The notes under the pieces are model-generated. The model was given only the letters and a program-made list of their open reading frames with translations, was not told the origin of the DNA and made no database searches. A DNA stretch of 39,641 nt, taken from the NCBI GenBank assembly GCA_964364145.1, contig CAYILC010000002.1, forward strand, positions 1 to 39,641. Direction: 5' to 3'. Below, in pieces: positions 34,952 to 39,641 of this stretch (positions are counted from its first letter, which is position 1; each line of letters starts with the position of its first letter). The position numbers and the translations under genes are program-made. The stretch comes from an uncultured Pseudomonadales bacterium. GTDB taxonomy: Bacteria > Patescibacteriota > Microgenomatia > UBA1400 > UBA12028.

Positions 34952-35451
34952 ATGTGCTGAAAAAGATTGCAAAAAAGATCGACGACTGTTTATTTTGCAA
35001 GATCGTTGCTGGCAAACTTCCATGCCATAAGGTGTGGGAAAGCGAAACACATCTCGCATTTTTGACGATCTTCCCAAACACCGAGGGTTTTACCGTAGTT
35101 GTAACAAAGGATCACTACGAGAGCGATGCGTTAACACAAGACGATCCGGTGATATGTGGGTTAGTGTTGGCCGCCAAGCAAGTCGCGCAAAAAATTACCA
35201 CAGCTTTCGATGATGTTGGTCGCACAGGCCTATTCCTGGAGGGTTTTGGCGTCAATCATCTTCATTGCAAGCTCTTTCCGATGCATGGAACACAGCCAAT
35301 GAGCGAATGGAAACACATTGCTTCTTCAGACGACATTCATAAGAAATTTTTTACACAGTATGAGGGCTACATGTCCTCGCACGATGGCGAACGAGGAGAT
35401 GACGTAAAGTTGGCAAAGTTGGCGGAGAACATTCGGAACGCAAAGTTGTAA
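34948..35451 (+). CDS. HIT-family nucleotide hydrolase/transferase with a variant histidine triad
   Basis: N-terminal CLFCKIVAGKLPCHKVWE. The triad region reads NHLHCKLFP, so the third His of HxHxH is Lys. There is an ATGA overlap with the DHH-like gene. Confidence 0.75.
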   Translation: MNVLKKIAKKIDDCLFCKIVAGKLPCHKVWESETHLAFLTIFPNTEGFTVVVTKDHYESDALTQDDPVICGLVLAAKQVAQKITTAFDDVGRTGLFLEGFGVNHLHCKLFPMHGTQPMSEWKHIASSDDIHKKFFTQYEGYMSSHDGERGDDVKLAKLAENIRNAKL

Positions 35452-35555
35452 GAGGGGATTGATTCATCCGGTGTATCTGGGGTACAATGCGGTTCTTGGC
35501 GGAGTGTCGCCACTGAAAAATATACATTTGAACTGTGAGATTGGAGGTGAGTCGT

Positions 35556-35816
35556 ATGGCATCGATTGTTCGCGCAAAACGTGACGAATCAACCGACAGC
35601 GTCATCAAACGCTTTAAAAGACGTATGATGATCGATAATATTCTCACATTACTGAAGGAAAAAGAGTTCTATAAAAAGCCGTCTGTGCTCAAAAAAGAAC
35701 ACAACAAAGAAATTGACCGACGCAAGTATCGTGAGCGAATGGAACGTCAAAGTTTGTCCAAAAAATTCAAAAAAGCCAAACCGGCAAAGGTAGTGAGACC
35801 CAAAAGATTCGAATGA
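35556..35816 (+). CDS. rpsU: 30S ribosomal protein S21
   Basis: MASIVRAKRDESTDSVIKRFKRRMM...EFYKKPS..KKE. A GGAGGTGAG SD lies upstream, with a TACAAT hexamer at 35483-35488 and a small hairpin at 35497-35512 in the leader. Confidence 0.85.
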   Translation: MASIVRAKRDESTDSVIKRFKRRMMIDNILTLLKEKEFYKKPSVLKKEHNKEIDRRKYRERMERQSLSKKFKKAKPAKVVRPKRFE

Positions 35817-36217
35817 TTACGATCTCGATTTCCGTTGGTTCCCGATATCCGGTGAACCGCAAGGTTATCCGTTCTTGTATTATCGAGGCTTTAACCAAAC
35901 GCGGTGTTGTTGACGCAGAAGTTTCTGTTTCTGTTGTGGGCTCTCGTCGCATGACATGGTTGAACGAGCATCTTATGAAGCATACGGGCGTGACCGATGT
36001 GTTGTCGTTTCCACAGAAAGATCCGGAACAGGCAGACAAAGAGTTTCCCGCGGTACCAAAAGATGGTCCTGTTTTACCAACGCAGTTGGGCGATATTGTG
36101 GTCTGTTTTCCGGAAGCCGTTCGCGAAGCGCGCAAACTGGGTCGAATGGTTGATGATCAAATTAACTTTTTGGTTGAGCACGGCTTAATGCATTTGCTGG
36201 GGTTTCATCATGAATAG
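35813..36217 (+). CDS. ybeY: Endoribonuclease YbeY (rRNA maturation)
   Basis: VEHGLMHLLGFHH zinc motif and DVLSFP. There is an ATGA overlap with rpsU. Confidence 0.9.
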   Translation: MITISISVGSRYPVNRKVIRSCIIEALTKRGVVDAEVSVSVVGSRRMTWLNEHLMKHTGVTDVLSFPQKDPEQADKEFPAVPKDGPVLPTQLGDIVVCFPEAVREARKLGRMVDDQINFLVEHGLMHLLGFHHE

Positions 36218-36237
36218 TTTCCCAAAAAAGAGATCAT

Positions 36238-36525
36238 ATGAATGAAGTTGCACGTTTTACTTTTTTCTCAAAAGATTTTTCTGACCCTAATCATCCAGAA
36301 GCGAAAATCATGGAACATCTTCAGTTTCTAGATGTGGTGGTCGAGATCGCGAATAAATTTTTGAGCATGGGAATCTCTACCAAACCAATAATAATTCTTG
36401 AACAGGGAGATGGTCTACATCTCATCATTGAGGTGGATGCCAAGGATCGTGATGTTTTTCTTCGCTTATTCAAAACAATGATTATTCCGGCAATTGTGCA
36501 ATTTTTTTCTGAGTCTTCAGTATAA
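36238..36525 (+). CDS. Hypothetical small protein (95 aa)
   Basis: ORF with no recognisable family and a weak SD (AAAGAGAT). Confidence 0.4.
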   Translation: MNEVARFTFFSKDFSDPNHPEAKIMEHLQFLDVVVEIANKFLSMGISTKPIIILEQGDGLHLIIEVDAKDRDVFLRLFKTMIIPAIVQFFSESSV

Positions 36526-36591
36526 GCTCAAAAGTTTCTGTGTATAATGGCTCGTACAGATTTCCTATAGTATCGAAGTAGAGTACACAAC

Positions 36592-38151
36592 ATGTCTTGG
36601 TATCGCACCTATCGTCCGCAAACTATATCCGAGCTTCAAAGCGCGGTTATTCGACAGACTTTCGATGAAATTCGAGAGAGTGGAAGCTTTAGTCACGCGT
36701 ATCTACTAACTGGTCCAAAAGGAACCGGAAAAACAAGCAGTGCCCGCATACTCGCGAAGATGTTGAACTGCGAGAAGAATGCAAAAGCGGTTCGTGGGGG
36801 ACAAAGGGTTGGCCAGGATGGTAAACAAAATAGCAAGAACACTCTCAAACCATTTGTTGAGCCGTGTGGTGTGTGCGATTCGTGCAAACGCATTACCCTA
36901 GGTTCAAGTCTTTGTGTGACCGAGATGGATGCCGCCAGCAATCGCGGGATCGACGATATCCGAATCCTCCGCGAACGTGTAAATCTTGTGCCATCAGACG
37001 GCCTGGTGAGCGTGTACATCATTGATGAGGTTCACATGTTGACCACAGAGGCCTTCAACGCGTTTCTCAAGGTGTTGGAGGAGCCGCCGGCGCATGTTGT
37101 TTTTGTTTTAGCGACCACCGAGCTACGCAAAGTTCCGGATACGATTTTATCCCGCTGTACAATGATCCAGTTTTCGCGTGCCTCACAAGAAGAGTTGATG
37201 AACGCTCTCAAACACGTTGCAAAAAAAGAAGGGATTACCGTTGCCGATGGTATTTTGAAAGTGTTTGCCAGTCGAGGAGACGGAAGTTATCGTGACGCCA
37301 TCAAACTTTTTGAACAGGTGGCGCATGGAAAAACCACAATTTCTGATGAGGATGCGAGTTTGGTTTCCGAGAGTTCTATTGGAGCGCTTGTCTTGGAGCT
37401 ATTCACAGCATTAGAAAAAAAAGACGCTCAAATGGTTGTGAAGCTTTTCCAACAATTTGAGGCTCAGTCCATAGACATTCCACATCTTCACAAGCGTTTG
37501 TTGCAGACCATACACGAGAAGTTGATTGAGAACATCTATGCACAGAACACGCGTGAAATCCAACATCTCCAACCGCTTTTGCAAGCGCTCAACGTTACGC
37601 CAGATCCGCTTTTGCCGTTGCCAACTTTACCATTTGAGCTCGCGGCATTGAGTTGGTGTTTGGAGAATAACAAGAGTCAAGATCGGTCTCAGAAAAAAGA
37701 GGATATATCGAAGGAGAATCGCATTGAAAAAGCCGAGGTAGTGCCAAAAAATCAGGATTCTAAAGTGGCACCAATAGTTCAGGAAGATTTGGTCATTGAA
37801 GGTGACGATACTACAACATCAATAACCCCACAAGATATGGAACAAAAATGGCCGCAACTGTTAAAAGAGGTCCGATTGGCGAATGCCACAATCGAGGCCC
37901 TGCTTCGCGCGGCTCGTCCACTTGGCATCTCTGGCAAGACCGCCACTATCGAAGTATTTTACTCGTTCCACAAAGAACAGCTTGAGCAGGAAAAACACCG
38001 CCGCACCTTGGAAAAAGTATTGAGTGCAATGTTTGGCATGCAAAACATGAAAGCAGCGTTTTCATTGGGAGATAAAAATGGTCGTCCGCAGAAGAAAAAA
38101 ATGACCGATGATGCGCTTGTGAATGATGCTGTTGAGACTCTGTTGAGCTAA
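36592..38151 (+). CDS. dnaX: DNA polymerase III subunit gamma/tau
   Basis: GPKGTGKTS P-loop, zinc module C..(long insert)..CGVCDSC, DEVHML, and the SRC motif (ILSRCTM). Confidence 0.9.
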   Translation: MSWYRTYRPQTISELQSAVIRQTFDEIRESGSFSHAYLLTGPKGTGKTSSARILAKMLNCEKNAKAVRGGQRVGQDGKQNSKNTLKPFVEPCGVCDSCKRITLGSSLCVTEMDAASNRGIDDIRILRERVNLVPSDGLVSVYIIDEVHMLTTEAFNAFLKVLEEPPAHVVFVLATTELRKVPDTILSRCTMIQFSRASQEELMNALKHVAKKEGITVADGILKVFASRGDGSYRDAIKLFEQVAHGKTTISDEDASLVSESSIGALVLELFTALEKKDAQMVVKLFQQFEAQSIDIPHLHKRLLQTIHEKLIENIYAQNTREIQHLQPLLQALNVTPDPLLPLPTLPFELAALSWCLENNKSQDRSQKKEDISKENRIEKAEVVPKNQDSKVAPIVQEDLVIEGDDTTTSITPQDMEQKWPQLLKEVRLANATIEALLRAARPLGISGKTATIEVFYSFHKEQLEQEKHRRTLEKVLSAMFGMQNMKAAFSLGDKNGRPQKKKMTDDALVNDAVETLLS

Positions 38152-38158
38152 GTTGGAG

Positions 38159-38169
38159 TGTGATATACT
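38159..38169 (+). promoter_or_regulatory. Extended -10 promoter TGTGaTATACT upstream of ybaB (SD-containing leader of ~40 nt)
   Basis: There is one mismatch to the topA/nfo 11-mer. An AAAGGAT SD precedes the ATG at 38217. Confidence 0.4.
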
Positions 38170-38216
38170 CATCGACAGCGAAAAAAAATGCTACTTTGTC
38201 ATGAAAGGATCGACAT

Positions 38217-38507
38217 ATGGCCAATAACCTTCTCGGGAAAATCGGAGATTTGAACAAGTTAAGACAGCAAGCGGTGCAGATGCAACAACAGCTGGAGGCA
38301 GAGGAAATTGTTGTCGAGCGTGGCGACGTTCGCGTGGTGATTACCGGTTCACAAAAGATTACGCACTTTAGCGTTCAAGGAATCACTAGCCAAGAGGCAG
38401 TAGACGCGCTCAATGAGGCAATCAAAAAATCTCAAGAACTTGCTGCCAAAAAACTCCAATCAATGAGTGGCGGTTTGGGCGGTCTGTTCGGCGGTGGACA
38501 GCAATAA
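38217..38507 (+). CDS. ybaB: Nucleoid-associated protein YbaB/EbfC
   Basis: NLLGKIGDLNKLRQQAVQMQQQLE... followed by ..VVITGSQKI..., the typical YbaB layout. It lies immediately downstream of dnaX. Confidence 0.88.
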   Translation: MANNLLGKIGDLNKLRQQAVQMQQQLEAEEIVVERGDVRVVITGSQKITHFSVQGITSQEAVDALNEAIKKSQELAAKKLQSMSGGLGGLFGGGQQ

Positions 38508-38556
38508 CTTTATTTTTTACCGTACTTAATCTGGGTTTCCAATTTGTGCGACATCG

Positions 38557-38565
38557 TGCATAATA
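38557..38565 (+). promoter_or_regulatory. -10 region TGCATAATA, 6-7 nt upstream of the sucC-like ATG
   Basis: The sequence is cgTGCATAATActtctcATG. It shares the 13-mer TCGTGCATAATAC with the pyrH promoter. There is no SD. Confidence 0.4.
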
Positions 38566-38571
38566 CTTCTC

Positions 38572-39641
38572 ATGCGTCTCTACGAGTTTGAAGGAAAAAA
38601 ACTTTGTGTTGCGGCAGGTTTTATTGTGCCGAGTGGTCAAGTTGTCTCGTCACATTTTCCTTTCATCGATACACAAACACTCTCCTTTCCCGTTTTCGCT
38701 AAAGTGCAGATCCTTGGCGGCAATCGCGCGCAACGTGGTGGAGTAGTACGTTTTGAAAAAGGACAAGAACAAGAAGCTAAAAAAACGATTCATGAGTGGT
38801 TAAACAATGGTTGGAATGGAGAAAAAATTGAGTACGTTTTTATTGAACAAGCCATACAAAACATTAAGAAAGAACACTATCTTGCTCTACGTTGGGATAC
38901 CACAACACGCAGACCGATAATGTTGTATAGCGCACACGGTGGCAGTGGAATTGAACAAAGACAGAAACGCGAAAAAGCAAAAGTTGAACATACTTTGGAA
39001 ACATATTCGATTGACATAAAGTCGGCAGGACAATCACTACAAGAGATCGCAAAAAAGATTTTTGCTCATAATACACACGGCAATGATATCCTCAAAAAGC
39101 TTTGGCAAACGTTTTATACAAACGACGCAACTCTAGTAGAAATAAATCCATTATTTGAGTTAACAGATGAAACATTTGTTGCTGGTGACGCAAAGATCGA
39201 TCTTGATGACCTCGCTGTCTTTCGCCATCCCGAGTGGGAGTCCTATCCTAAGCGCACCGCTTTCTCTCGGCTTCCCACCGCGATGGAGGAAGAAGCAAAA
39301 ACCATTAACGCAATGGATCATCGCGGCGTGGCTGGTGCAAGTTTTTTTGAGTTTGATGGCGACATTGGCATCATGGCGAGCGGGGGAGGCGCAAGTTTGC
39401 TCGTGATGGATGCAATAATGGCCTCTGGGTTAAAACCTGCGAACTATACCGAGTACTCGGGCAATCCGTCGCGCGAAAAAGTGGCTGCGCTCACAACATT
39501 AGTAGTATCAAAACCTGGATTGAGAGGTCTTTTAGTAATTGGTGGCAACGCAAACTTTACCGATATTTTTGAAACCTTGGCCGGGGTTATGGACGGTTTA
39601 GAATCTGCAAAACCAAAAGTTGAGTTTCCGATTGTGGTGCG
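38572..39641 (+). CDS. Succinyl-CoA synthetase beta-subunit-like ATP-grasp protein (ADP-forming acyl-CoA ligase family); C-terminal end lies beyond the window edge
   Basis: Absent from the track because there is no stop in the window. My translation: MRLYEFEGKKLCVAAGFIVPSG...AKVQILGGNRAQRGGVV...EHYLALRWDTTTRRPIMLYSAHGGSGIE...LVEINPLF...AGDAKIDLDDLAVFRHP...GDIGIMASGGGASLLVMDAI...PANYTEYSGNPS. Confidence 0.8.
   Translation, partial: MRLYEFEGKKLCVAAGFIVPSGQVVSSHFPFIDTQTLSFPVFAKVQILGGNRAQRGGVVRFEKGQEQEAKKTIHEWLNNGWNGEKIEYVFIEQAIQNIKKEHYLALRWDTTTRRPIMLYSAHGGSGIEQRQKREKAKVEHTLETYSIDIKSAGQSLQEIAKKIFAHNTHGNDILKKLWQTFYTNDATLVEINPLFELTDETFVAGDAKIDLDDLAVFRHPEWESYPKRTAFSRLPTAMEEEAKTINAMDHRGVAGASFFEFDGDIGIMASGGGASLLVMDAIMASGLKPANYTEYSGNPSREKVAALTTLVVSKPGLRGLLVIGGNANFTDIFETLAGVMDGLESAKPKVEFPIVV

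Noticed and set aside
38092-38101. A-run (GAAGAAAAAAA) in dnaX as a programmed -1 frameshift site for a gamma subunit
   Set aside because: It lies only ~17 codons before the normal stop, so a shift would not yield a meaningfully shorter product. The heptamer is not a good X XXY YYZ site and no downstream stem-loop is evident.
1-39641. Alternative genetic code (UGA recoding, as in some CPR lineages)
   Set aside because: All large conserved genes are uninterrupted under the standard code. TGA clearly terminates genes in ATGA/TTGA overlaps (mreB/mreC, mreC/mreD, mreD/mrdA, glyA/guaA, nfo/folD, rpsU/ybeY).
1-39641. CRISPR arrays, tRNA/rRNA genes, transposases, integrases, prophage blocks
   Set aside because: I saw no periodic repeat-spacer structure, no tRNA T-arm/acceptor signatures in the intergenic regions, and no recombinase-like ORFs. 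Intergenic gaps are too short for rRNA genes.

Overview
This window is gene-dense, mostly plus-strand, and almost entirely housekeeping. It reads in the standard code: long ORFs stay intact and TGA acts as the stop in several ATGA start/stop overlaps. Gene content suggests a small-genome CPR/Patescibacteria-like bacterium (archaeal-type ProRS, short EF-Ts, a giant Wzy-like/TPR membrane protein, many ORFans); this is an inference.

Gene order:
- M50 protease (partial, minus strand), then rpmB and an ORFan.
- Minus-strand operon Wzy/TPR-def-fmt.
- mreB-mreC-mreD-mrdA, then dprA-topA.
- An APH-like kinase and an XRE HTH protein.
- A long pyrimidine/one-carbon block: dcd, small ORFs, a 544-aa thyA-like fusion, a 329-aa ORFan, tmk, pyrH, vapBC, a divergent cmk-like gene, glyA, guaA, nfo, folD.
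- rpsB-tsf, a reversed DUF1189-like gene, frr-rseP, rpsT, prs.
- A coiled-coil ORFan, then a T-box leader, small ORFs, a csaA-like gene and proS.
- Small ORFans, a DHH-like gene coupled to a HIT gene, rpsU-ybeY, dnaX-ybaB, and a sucC-like gene (partial).

I saw no rRNA, tRNA, CRISPR array, transposase or integrase.

Most notable observations:
1. The three-domain MtrA-like / ThyA / DUF4346-like protein, sitting in a dTTP-synthesis cluster with uncharacterised ORFs.
2. A well-formed T-box antiterminator/terminator switch upstream of the csaA-proS operon.
3. A recurring extended -10 element (TRTGnTAnnnT) placed 6-8 nt before many ATG start codons, which implies widespread leaderless mRNAs.
4. A vapBC module plus a divergent cytidylate-kinase-like gene inserted between pyrH and glyA.

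All functional calls come from motif recognition by eye and none has been checked against a database.
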